From positions 62-64,061 of the forward strand of contig JAAYJC010000038.1 in assembly GCA_012523085.1 (NCBI GenBank): a DNA stretch of 64,000 bases. The letters run 5' to 3'. The translations under genes and the position numbers were made by a program. The DNA is from Clostridiales bacterium. GTDB taxonomy: Bacteria; Bacillota; Clostridia; Oscillospirales; Oscillospiraceae. Within the stretch, counting starts at the first letter, position 1; the number at the start of each line of letters is the position of its first letter. A model generated the notes under the pieces. The model saw only the letters and a program-made list of their open reading frames with translations, was not told where the DNA came from and searched no databases. Shown one piece after another: positions 45,203 to 55,388 of the stretch.

Positions 45203-46384
45203 ATGGCAGTTTACGGATTTCCCGAAGAAATGCTACAGTACAGACCGGAAACGGAAAGCGAAAATACCGGTTTATTAAAAGATCATTCCGCGCCGAGACG
45301 CGGATCGATGGACCTGCCGTTTTTGGGCATGACACTGGTCATTTTGCTCATCGGTCTGATCATGGTGCTTTCGGCAAGCTTTGCCCGTTCGTATTATGAG
45401 TCGGGAAACGCGACATATGTCTTTGTAAGGCAGCTGATTTTCTCGGTCAGCGGTATTGCGCTGATGCTGATTGCTTCGCGGGTCAAGGTATCTACCTTCC
45501 GGAAGTTTTCCTTCTGGCTTCTGGCTTTCTCCATTGTTTTGCTGGCGATTGTGCCCGTTATCGGGGTGGAAAGCGGCGGGGCAAAGCGCTGGATTGATTT
45601 GAAGATCACCAACTTCCAACCCTCGGAGATAGCAAAACTGGCTCTCGTTCTGGCTTTTTCATCGATGATCTGCCTGTACAAAGATAAGATGAAAACATTC
45701 AGGTACGGTGTTGTTCCGTTTGTCGTTGTCATAGCGATTATGGTCGGGCTGCTGATACTGGAGCCGCATTTATCCGCCAGTGTTATTATTCTCGGCTTGG
45801 GCGCCGTCATGATGTTCGCAGGCGGCACAAAAATACGCTGGTTCGTTGTCGTCGGCATTGCCGTTTGTTTGGCTGTTGTTTTGATTTTACCGAATTTTGA
45901 TTATGCCCGTGAGCGCATCGACGTATGGCGCGATCCCCTTGCCGAGAAGCTTGACGGCGGATGGCAGATCGTGCAGTCATTGTACGCGGTCGGTTCCGGC
46001 GGTTTGCTCGGACTCGGCCTCGGGCAGGGCAGACAGAAATATCTCTATCTCCCGGAAGAACACAATGACTTCATCTTTGCCGTTGTCGGGGAGGAACTGG
46101 GCTTCATCGGTGCGGTTTTGATCCTTGCACTGTTTGCTTTGCTGATCATCAGGGGTTTTTGGATTGCGATGCATGCCAGGGACAGGTTCGGTTCGCTGGT
46201 GGCAACCGGTTTATCCGCCCTTCTCGCGCTTCAGGTATTTTTAAACGTCGCGGTCGTCACGAATCTGATACCGTGCACGGGAATATCGCTTCCGTTTTTC
46301 AGCTCGGGCGGAACCGCGCTATGGTTGCAAATGCTGGAAATGGGGATTATACTGAGTATATCAAGAGACATCAAGGATAAGTAA
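45203..46384 (+). CDS. ftsW: SEDS-family peptidoglycan glycosyltransferase FtsW/SpoVE
   Basis: 393-aa polytopic protein. QPSE(I/F)AK, LPE.HNDFIF and PFFS.GGT motifs. Confidence 0.9.
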   Translation: MAVYGFPEEMLQYRPETESENTGLLKDHSAPRRGSMDLPFLGMTLVILLIGLIMVLSASFARSYYESGNATYVFVRQLIFSVSGIALMLIASRVKVSTFRKFSFWLLAFSIVLLAIVPVIGVESGGAKRWIDLKITNFQPSEIAKLALVLAFSSMICLYKDKMKTFRYGVVPFVVVIAIMVGLLILEPHLSASVIILGLGAVMMFAGGTKIRWFVVVGIAVCLAVVLILPNFDYARERIDVWRDPLAEKLDGGWQIVQSLYAVGSGGLLGLGLGQGRQKYLYLPEEHNDFIFAVVGEELGFIGAVLILALFALLIIRGFWIAMHARDRFGSLVATGLSALLALQVFLNVAVVTNLIPCTGISLPFFSSGGTALWLQMLEMGIILSISRDIKDK

Positions 46385-46495
46385 GGCGGCAAAACAGGGA
46401 TGGCCGGTTCACCCGATAAAAATCATGCGGTTATGGTTCATCGGAATAAACCGTAAAATGTCGTTTAGACAATCAATGATAAGAGGGGTGAGGTT

Positions 46496-47611
46496 ATGAA
46501 TTTTCTGTTTACCTGCGGCGGGACCGGCGGGCATATTTATCCCGCCATCGCGGTTGCCGACAGGCTTAAGGAATTGCTTCCGGAATCCGATATTCTTTTT
46601 GTGGGCGCGGAAGACAATATGGAGCTTGAACTGGTCCCGCGCTCGGGTTATGCGATCGCAAGCGTGAAGGCTTCAAGCTTTCATCGCGGCATGAAGCCCG
46701 GCGACATTCTGCATAACCTCCTGGCCATAGGCAAAAACGCAAAGGCTTTAAGACAATCCAGGAAGATCATCAAGGCATTCCGGCCGGTTATCGCCATCGG
46801 AACGGGCGGCTATGTCTGCTATCCGGTGCTCAGGATGGCGAACGCCATGGGCGTGAAGACCATTTTGCACGAGTCCAACGCGATCCCGGGTCTGACGACC
46901 AGGCTATTGGAAAGACGCGTCGACAGGGTTTTGCTGGGCTTTGCGGACAGTGCCGTGCACTTTAAAAATGCGAAAAACATCGAATATACAGGAACACCGG
47001 TCAGAGAAGGCTTTCGCTCCAAAAGCAAAAAGAAAGCCGAAACCGGGGCCAAAGTTTCGGGGAAACCGGCGGTGCTTTCGGTCTGGGGTTCTCTGGGCGC
47101 GCGGTATATGAACGAAAAGATCACCGAGGTCATCGCAAAAAATGAGGCAGAGGGGTTATTTTCGCATATTCATGTCACCGGAAGCGAAGAAAGCCTGACG
47201 ACAATAAAAAAAGACCTGGCGGCGCTCGGGCATGAACGCTTAAAACACACCGAGCTTAAATCATATCTGCACGATATGCCGGAGGTGATGGCCGTGTGTG
47301 ATCTGGTCGTCAGCAGGGCCGGAGCGGTTACACTCAACGAGTTGGCTTCGCTCGGTAAACCGGCGATTCTGATCCCGTCGCCATATGTCACCGGAAACCA
47401 TCAGGAAAAAAATGCGGTGGTGCTGCGCGACCGGGGCGGGGCGCTTATGATCAAAGAAAAAGACTGCACACCGGCGCTTTTATACCGCACAATTGCCGAA
47501 ACGGTAAAGGACAGAGAAAAGCTGCGCCGGATGTCCGCCGCCATGACAACCATGGACGCGCCGGATGCCACAGATAACATTATTCAGTCGGTTTTAAATC
47601 TGATAAAGTAA
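46496..47611 (+). CDS. murG: UDP-N-acetylglucosamine--N-acetylmuramyl-(pentapeptide) pyrophosphoryl-undecaprenol GlcNAc transferase
   Basis: GGTGGHIYPA motif and a C-terminal ..SRAGA.T..E.. motif. 371 aa. Confidence 0.9.
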   Translation: MNFLFTCGGTGGHIYPAIAVADRLKELLPESDILFVGAEDNMELELVPRSGYAIASVKASSFHRGMKPGDILHNLLAIGKNAKALRQSRKIIKAFRPVIAIGTGGYVCYPVLRMANAMGVKTILHESNAIPGLTTRLLERRVDRVLLGFADSAVHFKNAKNIEYTGTPVREGFRSKSKKKAETGAKVSGKPAVLSVWGSLGARYMNEKITEVIAKNEAEGLFSHIHVTGSEESLTTIKKDLAALGHERLKHTELKSYLHDMPEVMAVCDLVVSRAGAVTLNELASLGKPAILIPSPYVTGNHQEKNAVVLRDRGGALMIKEKDCTPALLYRTIAETVKDREKLRRMSAAMTTMDAPDATDNIIQSVLNLIK

Positions 47612-47707
47612 AAACCGCATTAACTTATAGAAGAAATTCCGCATAGTATGGTTCGGAAGCGGCGGCAGTGCCGGTTGCTCCCATTCTTTATGCGGAGGAA
47701 ATAAGTC

Positions 47708-48973
47708 ATGAGCATACTGCGAATAAATGGCGGCAGGGCGTTAAACGGAGAAGTCCGTATACAGGGAGCAAAAAACAGCGTGCTTCCGATCATGGCGGCT
47801 TCCATTCTGGCGGAAGGCGTCAGTATTATACACAATTGTCCCCGACTGGCAGACGTAGACGTATCGGCTCGCATATTGGAACATCTCGGCTGCAAGGTAA
47901 GCCGCGATGGCGAAAGCGTCTGTATTGATTCTTCGGGCATGATAAGAAGCGACATACCCGACGCGCTGATGCGGGAAATGCGCTCATCGGTTGTCTTCTT
48001 GGGTGCGATACTGGCAAGGACAGGCGAAGCAAGGCTCAGCCTTCCGGGCGGGTGCGAACTTGGCCCGAGGCCAATCGACTTACATATCGCAGCTCTGCGT
48101 GAGCTTGGCGCCGAGATTGATGATAACGGCGGAAAAATTGTCTGCAAGGCCAAAAGGCTCAAGGGCTGTCGTTTGCATCTGGCGAAACCGAGCGTGGGCG
48201 CTACCGAGAACGCGATGCTGGCGGCTTGCCGGAGCAGCGGGACAACGGTTATAACGAACCCGGCAAAGGAGCCGGAAATCTGGGATCTTCAGGCGTATCT
48301 GATAAAGCTCGGCGTTTCCATCAGCGGAGCGGGAAGCTCTATCATCACCGTTGAAAGTATGCCGACGAAAAACCATGTCGAACACACGGTCATATCGGAC
48401 CGGATCGTTGCGGCAACATATCTTTCGGCAGTGGCTTCCGCGGGCGGCTCGATTCGTCTTACCGATGTTAACCCCGAGCACCTTTCGACAGCTATCGATG
48501 TTTTAAATGAAATGGGATGTGAAATCGAGGCCGACAGGGAAAAAGGAATTATCACAGCGCGTAAGGAAAAAAGACTCAAAGCCGTAAAGCCGGTTATAAC
48601 CAGCCCGTATCCGGGATTCCCCACCGATACCCAGCCTCCCGTCATGGCCGCATGCCTGAAGGCCCAGGGGACAACGGTTTTTGTGGAAAATATATTTGAA
48701 AACCGATACAGGCATGTTGAGGAGCTTAAAAGGCTCGGCGCGGAGATCAAAACCGAGGGCAAAACGGCGATTATCTGTGGCGTCGACCGTCTGCACGGCG
48801 CCGAACTGCAGTCCACGGATCTTCGCGGAGGCGCGGCGCTGTGCGTCGCGGCGCTCGGGGCCGAGGGCATCAGCGAAATATCGGGGCTTCATCATATCGA
48901 CAGGGGATATGACAAAATTGAAAACGCCCTTCAAGCGCTTGGCGCCGATATCCGAAGAACGTCCGGCGCCTGA
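47708..48973 (+). CDS. murA: UDP-N-acetylglucosamine 1-carboxyvinyltransferase
   Basis: GAKNS.LPI start, the active-site loop L.GGC.LG.RPIDLH, 421 aa. Confidence 0.95.
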   Translation: MSILRINGGRALNGEVRIQGAKNSVLPIMAASILAEGVSIIHNCPRLADVDVSARILEHLGCKVSRDGESVCIDSSGMIRSDIPDALMREMRSSVVFLGAILARTGEARLSLPGGCELGPRPIDLHIAALRELGAEIDDNGGKIVCKAKRLKGCRLHLAKPSVGATENAMLAACRSSGTTVITNPAKEPEIWDLQAYLIKLGVSISGAGSSIITVESMPTKNHVEHTVISDRIVAATYLSAVASAGGSIRLTDVNPEHLSTAIDVLNEMGCEIEADREKGIITARKEKRLKAVKPVITSPYPGFPTDTQPPVMAACLKAQGTTVFVENIFENRYRHVEELKRLGAEIKTEGKTAIICGVDRLHGAELQSTDLRGGAALCVAALGAEGISEISGLHHIDRGYDKIENALQALGADIRRTSGA

Positions 48974-49113
48974 ACATCTCAAGCGCCAATATCAAAAAAA
49001 CGCCGTGGCCGTATCCGTGTATGTTAAGAGCTTTTTTGTAAAAAATAAGCATCGGCTGTTGCGGCGCTATAGGCTTTTATGCACCGGACTTATAACCAAA
49101 GAGGTGATTTGCG

Positions 49114-49917
49114 ATGACAAGCGGCGCCAACGGCAGAACGCCGGGCCGGCCTGAGCAGTCAAGACAACGCGATAGAACCGTAAGGCGCCGCAGGCGAAGA
49201 AGACGGAGCACCCTGTTCAAACCTATTGTGTATATCATTATGGTGGCCGTAATGGCGGCGGGTATCAGCGTTTTTTTTAAGATCTCTCACATTGAGATAA
49301 AAGGGAATATCAGGTACACAGCGGGCGATATTATTGCGGCCTCCGGGCTTAAAGAAGGCGACAACCTGATCTTCATCAACGCATTTCAAATATCGAATAA
49401 GATATTTCGTCAATTGCCTTATGTGCACGAAGCGACAATATCCAGACGGCTGCCTGACACGGTTGTGATCGGAATTGAAGAGAGCTATCCGCTTGCATCT
49501 GTTGCATTTGGAGCCGGATATTATATAATAGATAAAAACTGCAAGATCCTTGAGAAAACAGACCGTTCGGGAAGCATCGGCACGATTACCGTAAAGGGCA
49601 TAGAGCCGATACTTCCCAAAGTAGGTGAAAGGCTGGCTTTAAGTCAGGAGGCTCACCATAAGGTTACCTATCTGTCTGAACTATTAACGGCGATTCTCAG
49701 CCGCCAAATGCAGGCGGATATAGGTGATATCGATATGACCGACTCAGGCAACGCGGCATTTTCCTATTTGGGCCGATTTACCATAGAATTGGGAAAACAG
49801 GAAGGGATAGACTATAAGTTAGAACAGCTTGATGAAGTGCTAAGCCAGCTCTCGGCCGGCGAAACCGGACGAATAATCCTGGCCGCTGACAGAGAACCGC
49901 ATTTTATTCCCAACTGA
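49114..49917 (+). CDS. Cell division protein FtsQ/DivIB (POTRA domain)
   Basis: Arg-rich cytoplasmic N-terminus, one TM helix and a POTRA-like segment (ISHIEIKGNIRYTAGDIIAASGLKEGDNL). Its position before ftsZ also fits. Confidence 0.75.
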   Translation: MTSGANGRTPGRPEQSRQRDRTVRRRRRRRRSTLFKPIVYIIMVAVMAAGISVFFKISHIEIKGNIRYTAGDIIAASGLKEGDNLIFINAFQISNKIFRQLPYVHEATISRRLPDTVVIGIEESYPLASVAFGAGYYIIDKNCKILEKTDRSGSIGTITVKGIEPILPKVGERLALSQEAHHKVTYLSELLTAILSRQMQADIGDIDMTDSGNAAFSYLGRFTIELGKQEGIDYKLEQLDEVLSQLSAGETGRIILAADREPHFIPN

Positions 49918-50102
49918 GTTTATGAACGGAGCTTCCGCCCGGCCTTTCCCGGAAATATCGGACAGCTCAAAATGACAGTTTTATCGCCAACAGCCGATGT
50001 ATCGGCACGCGGAGTCATCCGCCTTAGCGCATCATGCGGAGAAAATCCAAAACGGAAGATAAATGCAGCCGATAAAACGGCCGCTTCATGGAGGGGAAAG
50101 GT

Positions 50103-51221
50103 ATGGCGTTCACATTGGAAAACGGAATGGAAGATGTTGTGAGAATCAAGGTTATCGGTGTAGGCGGGGCCGGCAACAATGTTGTCAGCAGAATGGTATC
50201 CTGCGGTACCGAGGGAATCAAATTTGTTAATATCAATACGGACAAGCCTACCTTGAATGTGTCCGGTGCCGATTTCAAGCTTCAGATCGGTGAAAAGCTG
50301 ACACATGGGCAGGGAGCCGGCGCAAACCCGGATATCGGCCGGAAATCGGCGGAGGAAAGCCGGAATAACATCGCAAAGCTGTTTGAGGAAACCGATATGG
50401 CCTTTATCACAGCCGGAATGGGCGGCGGTACGGGCACGGGCGCGGCGCCGATTGTGGCGGAAATCGCACGCGAAGCCGGCGTTCTGACTATCGGTGTCGT
50501 AACAAAGCCCTTCAAATTTGAGGGGATGACGAAAATGCGGACAGCGGAGGCCGGTATCAGCGCGATGCTTGAGTATGTCGATACGCTGCTGGTGATTCCA
50601 AATGAAAAGCTCAAACAGGTATCCGATCAAAAGATAACCTTTGCCAATGCCTTCGATATTGCCGACAATGTGCTGCATCAGGCCGTCATCAGCATAGCCG
50701 ATCTTTTGCGGAACACAAGCTTTATCAATCTGGACTTCGCCGATCTGAAAACGATTATGCTGGGGGCCGGTTATGCACATATGGGCGTTGGAAAGGCCAG
50801 CGGAAAAGGAAAGGTCGAAGAAGCGTCGCAAGCTGCGATTTACAGCCCCTTGATGGAAACCTCAATTGAGGGCGCGCGCAGGGTTTTGATTAATGTAACC
50901 GGCTCAATGGACATTACGATGGAGGATATAGAAAGCGTAGTCGGAAGGGTTCAGACCGCCGCGCATCCGGACGCCAACATCATTTTCGGCGTCGATTTCG
51001 ATGAATCGCTGGCGGACGCTTTGCAGGTCATTGTCATCGCAACGGATTTTGACGAAAAAGTAAAGGCCGGCGATACCAAAGAAGCGGTATCTGCGCCGGA
51101 AGCGGAACCCGGAAAGAGTGCGGCAGAAATGCTGAAGCATGAACAGACGCAGGAGCAGGTCAGGCAGGAGAATGCCGACGACGGATGGGATGAACTGGTC
51201 AAGTTCTTCAACCGTGACTAG
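50103..51221 (+). CDS. ftsZ: Cell division GTPase FtsZ, paralog 1
   Basis: GVGGAGNN, GGGTGTGAAP and NLDFAD (T7 loop) motifs. The C-terminal peptide is DDGWDELVKFFNRD. GGAGGGG RBS. Confidence 0.9.
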   Translation: MAFTLENGMEDVVRIKVIGVGGAGNNVVSRMVSCGTEGIKFVNINTDKPTLNVSGADFKLQIGEKLTHGQGAGANPDIGRKSAEESRNNIAKLFEETDMAFITAGMGGGTGTGAAPIVAEIAREAGVLTIGVVTKPFKFEGMTKMRTAEAGISAMLEYVDTLLVIPNEKLKQVSDQKITFANAFDIADNVLHQAVISIADLLRNTSFINLDFADLKTIMLGAGYAHMGVGKASGKGKVEEASQAAIYSPLMETSIEGARRVLINVTGSMDITMEDIESVVGRVQTAAHPDANIIFGVDFDESLADALQVIVIATDFDEKVKAGDTKEAVSAPEAEPGKSAAEMLKHEQTQEQVRQENADDGWDELVKFFNRD

Positions 51222-51293
51222 ACGGTATCGTCTCCGCATCCGATTATGTTTACCGGTTTTTTTCGTTTCGTGCGTAAAATGCGCCGTTTGCTA

Positions 51294-51322
51294 TTGACCT
51301 CATAGCCAAATAGAGATAAAAT
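51294..51322 (+). promoter_or_regulatory. Candidate sigma-A promoter (TTGACC-17-TAAAAT) in the ftsZ1-ftsZ2 spacer
   Basis: TTGACC at 51294-51299, a 17-nt spacer, TAAAAT at 51317-51322, within an AT-rich 184-nt spacer. Confidence 0.45.
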
Positions 51323-51405
51323 TATCAAAAAATGAGTAAATAGCATTTTGCTTTTAATATAATATGGAACATATGCCTATCTAAAATATACAGGAGGTTA
51401 ATGCA

Positions 51406-52536
51406 ATGCCATTTTCGCTGGAAACGGGTCCGGATAATGTGGTCAACATAAAGGTTGTTGGTGTCGGGGGAGCCGGCAATAATGTCGTTAACAGAATGGT
51501 CAAATCAGACACGAAGGGTGTCGATTTCATAGCAATAAATACAGACAAGCAGGTTCTGGCTGTTTCAGACGCGAACCTGAAGATACAAATCGGTGAGAAG
51601 CTCACGCATGGACAAGGCGCGGGCTCCGATCCGGAAATCGGCAGAAAATCCGCTGAGGAAAACAGAAACAATATTGTAAAGGCCTTTGAAGATACCGACA
51701 TGGCGTTTATCACGGCCGGTATGGGCGGAGGGACCGGCACCGGCGCGGCGCCGGTGGTTGCCGACATTACAAAAGAATCCGATATTTTAACCATCGGCGT
51801 GGTAACAAAGCCTTTTAACTTTGAAGGCAAGCGCCGTATGCTGCAGGCTGAAGCCGGAATTCAGGAACTGCTCGGAAAAGTGGATTCCCTTTTGGTCATA
51901 CCCAATGACAGGCTCAAATACGCGACAGACCAGAAGATTACCATGTTCAATGCTTTCGAGATTGCCGACTCCGTTTTGCATCAGGCCGTCACAAGCATAT
52001 CCGACCTGATCAAGAACACCGGATTCATCAACCTCGACTTTGCCGACGTGACGACGATCATGAAAAATGCGGGCTATGCGCATATGGGCGTCGGAAGAGC
52101 CAGCGGCAAAAACAAGGCCGAAGAGGCGGCCCGCCTTGCGGTGTCAAGCCCGCTGATGGAGACCTCCATCGACGGTGCGCGGGGCGTTTTGGTCAGCATA
52201 ACCGGCTCAATGGACATGGGCCTTGAGGAAGTTGAAAATGCTGCGGGCCTGGTACAGGGCGCCGCGCATCCCGACGCGAATATCATATTCGGCGCGGCGT
52301 TTGACGATTCCATGGACGATGAGATAAGGGTCATCGTCATCGCCACGGGATTTGATGAAAAGGCGCAGACGGTAAGCGCCAAAACCGCCGACGCAAAGTC
52401 TCAGCCGGGCTTATTCAGCGGAGAGCGCGCTCCGGAAGCGGCGCAGCAAAAGCCCGCGCCCCAGTCGCCGGAACCGAAAAAGGAGCCCGAGGAGGACCCC
52501 TTTACCAAAATTCTGGAGATCTTCAATTCAAAATAA
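51406..52536 (+). CDS. ftsZ: Cell division GTPase FtsZ, paralog 2
   Basis: Same signature motifs, all intact. The C-terminal peptide is EDPFTKILEIFNSK. AGGAGG RBS. Confidence 0.95.
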   Translation: MPFSLETGPDNVVNIKVVGVGGAGNNVVNRMVKSDTKGVDFIAINTDKQVLAVSDANLKIQIGEKLTHGQGAGSDPEIGRKSAEENRNNIVKAFEDTDMAFITAGMGGGTGTGAAPVVADITKESDILTIGVVTKPFNFEGKRRMLQAEAGIQELLGKVDSLLVIPNDRLKYATDQKITMFNAFEIADSVLHQAVTSISDLIKNTGFINLDFADVTTIMKNAGYAHMGVGRASGKNKAEEAARLAVSSPLMETSIDGARGVLVSITGSMDMGLEEVENAAGLVQGAAHPDANIIFGAAFDDSMDDEIRVIVIATGFDEKAQTVSAKTADAKSQPGLFSGERAPEAAQQKPAPQSPEPKKEPEEDPFTKILEIFNSK

Positions 52537-52575
52537 AACGCGAATGATCCCACGCGGGATGATCGGCGTGGGATG

Positions 52576-52600
52576 ACGGGCGGCGTCTGCCGCCCGTTTA
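52576..52600 (+). terminator. Rho-independent terminator after ftsZ paralog 2
   Basis: ACGGGCGGC-GTCT-GCCGCCCGT followed by TTTAATACTGATTT. Confidence 0.6.
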
Positions 52601-52772
52601 ATACTGATTTGCAAAATAACGCGGGTTATTTTTCTCTTTAAAATGAAAAATAAGTTAAATATATTAAATGACCGTGTCTGACATGCTGTTCATCCGTTTA
52701 ATATAAAACAGCAAGTACGGTCACGGTTGTATTTCAGTTCAGCTTAAGAGCAGTAAAATAGGTGGTGTTTTA

Positions 52773-53624
52773 ATGGAAAATGTAGAAGAGCTGGTTTTTT
52801 CGGGCAGCTTTATTACCGCCATGATCATCCTTCTTCTGGCTTGCAGTACGCTGCCTGTCCTGTATTTCATTTTTTACGCGTTTAAACGGAAAATTAATTA
52901 TATCGCGGTTTTTGCGGGTATTCTGGGCGCGGTTTTTTTCGGGATATTTGTCCAGGGTATTTTGCTCAGCAACCTGATTCCGGAAAACAGAATGCAGGCG
53001 ATTGGCCCGGTTCCGTACGCGATTTATCAGGCTCTGATTATCGGCATTGTCAATGTCAGCGGTATTTATATCGTGTTAAGGCTGCTTTCCGCAAGATATG
53101 AGTCATTAGGCGCACCGATTTCGGTCGGCCTTGGCTATGCTCTGGTTCCGATGATACTGGACGGCGCTGTTAACGCGGCCACAAGGCTGTCTTTTGCCTC
53201 TGCGATAAACGAAAAGGGAATGGCTCATGTACTCAGTACGGTCAACCCGGGAGACAGGGAAAGTTTTCAACAAACAATGGAGGAGCTTGCCGCCCAGCCG
53301 ATTGCACCGTTTTTGTATACCGCGGCTAAGTTCATCTGCTTCTTCATGATCTGCGTTGCGATAACGCGGCTGCTCTGGTATTCGCTGTACGGGAAAAGAC
53401 GCAATGCGTCATGGCTGTTTATACCCGCTGCGTATGTTCTCAGATCCATCCCCGAGCTTCCTTTGGCGCTATATACGACCGAAGCGGTTTTAAATAAAGT
53501 GGCGACCGATTGCGCATACTTTGGTATAACAGCCATCATCGTACTGTCTGCGGTCATTGTATCCAGGTTGTGGGATGAAAAGGAAAAGGTGGTATCCGGA
53601 CCGCTGAACAGGAGACTGCTCTAA
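52773..53624 (+). CDS. Polytopic membrane protein of unknown function (weak YhfC/DUF2324-like impression only)
   Basis: 283 aa with about 7 predicted hydrophobic helices. I recognise no catalytic motif. Confidence 0.5.
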   Translation: MENVEELVFSGSFITAMIILLLACSTLPVLYFIFYAFKRKINYIAVFAGILGAVFFGIFVQGILLSNLIPENRMQAIGPVPYAIYQALIIGIVNVSGIYIVLRLLSARYESLGAPISVGLGYALVPMILDGAVNAATRLSFASAINEKGMAHVLSTVNPGDRESFQQTMEELAAQPIAPFLYTAAKFICFFMICVAITRLLWYSLYGKRRNASWLFIPAAYVLRSIPELPLALYTTEAVLNKVATDCAYFGITAIIVLSAVIVSRLWDEKEKVVSGPLNRRLL

Positions 53625-53703
53625 ACCCAAAGGGTTTTGATTGTGCCTTGCGGTTTTATCTTGCCGGGTGTTCGGATCCGCTGTATGGAAAGTGGAGGGC
53701 GAC

Positions 53704-54540
53704 ATGCTCCGGTTTATTAAACAGCTGGCTCATATCTATTTGAAGAAAAAAGTGCCGAGGGCGGCGGCCGAACTGTCCTACTGCCTAACATTGTCGATAT
53801 TTCCGCTGCTGATTTGCCTCAATGCCATGCTGGGCAGCCTGAACTTAAGCGAAGCGGAGATATTAAACTACGGACAGGGCATCATACCGGCGACAACCTT
53901 GAAAATCATATCGGACTATGTGAAATATGTGAATGTCAATTTTTCGCCCGCGATGCTTTTGGGTGCATTAATGCTGGTTTTTACCTCCTCATCGGCGGCG
54001 TTTCGCTCGATTATGGGCATTATGTCGGAGATACAGGGCAGGCACCGCTACAAGGGTTTCTGGCCGACGGTTTTCAGCGTGGTATATTCGCTGATCTTTC
54101 TTGCTGCCATTTATCTGTCTTTGGTGGTCATCGTAACTGGAAACTGGTTTATCCGGCTGGCGTCCGAGCATATGGGTTTGTCCAGACTCGGCGGACATAT
54201 TTGGAGCTGGCTCAGATTCGCGCTTTTGTTTGTGATCCTTCTGGTCATCATATACGGTATTTACCGGCTTTCCGCGCCGCGCGAGAAGCCCGGAAACCCG
54301 AGGATCCTCGGCGCATTTATCGCCTCTGTCGCGCTTGTGGGCGTCAGTATGTTCTTCTCCTGGACTATTGAGCTGTCAACCCAGTATTCTTTGGTATACG
54401 GCTCCATAGCGTCCATCATTATTTTGATGATCTGGTTTTTCATATGCGGTATTATTTTGATTATGGGCGATGTGATAAACTTTGTCAGAAACAGCAACAA
54501 AAACATAAAAAACAAAATGCCATCCGCGGCGGAAAGCTAG
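53704..54540 (+). CDS. YihY/BrkB (virulence factor BrkB / former RNase BN) family membrane protein
   Basis: The start MLRFIKQLAHIYLKKKVPRAAAELSYCLTLSIFPLLI is the typical YihY N-terminus (AA.L.Y...S.FP). Polytopic. GGAGGG RBS. Confidence 0.8.
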   Translation: MLRFIKQLAHIYLKKKVPRAAAELSYCLTLSIFPLLICLNAMLGSLNLSEAEILNYGQGIIPATTLKIISDYVKYVNVNFSPAMLLGALMLVFTSSSAAFRSIMGIMSEIQGRHRYKGFWPTVFSVVYSLIFLAAIYLSLVVIVTGNWFIRLASEHMGLSRLGGHIWSWLRFALLFVILLVIIYGIYRLSAPREKPGNPRILGAFIASVALVGVSMFFSWTIELSTQYSLVYGSIASIIILMIWFFICGIILIMGDVINFVRNSNKNIKNKMPSAAES

Positions 54541-54620
54541 CATTGCCGGGTTTTCCTTGTCCCGGCCTGCATAGGCCATCGCCGGTAACGGCTGAATGTC
54601 AAACATCGAGGTGATCATTT

Positions 54621-55388
54621 TTGTTTTATGATATTTATGCGGAGTTGTGCGCGAAAAAAGGCGTTTCACCGAGCCGGGCGGCGGTAGATATGGGCTTTTA
54701 CAGAAGCTCCGTTTCCTACTGGAAGAACAAGGGCGGATCGCCGGGCAAAGACGGCATAACAAAAATGGCCGCGTATTTCGGCGTTCCGGCCGCTTTGCTC
54801 ACAGAAACCGGTGAAAAAAAAGCGCTTAAACCGGCAAAGCCTGTAAAAGCCAAAGAGGTAAGCGCAGCGAAGCCGGCAAACAGAGAGGAGCCTGCCGTTT
54901 CTTCAGGTACAGACCAAGGGGATGTGCCGGATAATTCGCCGTCCATGTTTTCAAGGCAGCTTGCAAAGGCGTTTGAGCTGGTTTCTGACATACCGAGTCG
55001 GCCGATGACCTTTTCCGAGAAAATAAAGGCGCTGCGCAAACAGCAGGGGCTGACCGTTGATTACATAGCCAAGGCTGTGAATGTCGATAAAAAAACGCTG
55101 TTGATGTGGGAGAGCGGCAATTCGGACGGCATCCGGCGATATAAGCTCGGAAAGCTGGCTAAGGTACTCAACACGACAGTCGATGACCTTATCAGCAGCG
55201 ACGATTTAACACCCAAAGACCGGGATCAGGCGGTTTTGGACTTTGGGCCGTATATCGAACTGCTCAGAGCGCGCGGGGAATGCCTTGCGCTGTTCATGCT
55301 GGCCCGCAAAGCGAGCCGGGAAGACATAGAGCTGACCATCAGTTTTATGCGCGCCTTGATGTCGGCAGATCAGACCTGTGTCGATTAA
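54621..55388 (+). CDS. XRE-family protein with two HTH modules separated by a Lys/Pro/Ala-rich linker
   Basis: GAGGTGA, then a TTG start. HTH 1 is MFYDIYAELCAKKGVSPSRAAVDMGFYRSSVSYWK. HTH 2 is FSEKIKALRKQQGLTVDYIAKAVNVDKKTLLMWESG. Confidence 0.7.
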   Translation: MFYDIYAELCAKKGVSPSRAAVDMGFYRSSVSYWKNKGGSPGKDGITKMAAYFGVPAALLTETGEKKALKPAKPVKAKEVSAAKPANREEPAVSSGTDQGDVPDNSPSMFSRQLAKAFELVSDIPSRPMTFSEKIKALRKQQGLTVDYIAKAVNVDKKTLLMWESGNSDGIRRYKLGKLAKVLNTTVDDLISSDDLTPKDRDQAVLDFGPYIELLRARGECLALFMLARKASREDIELTISFMRALMSADQTCVD

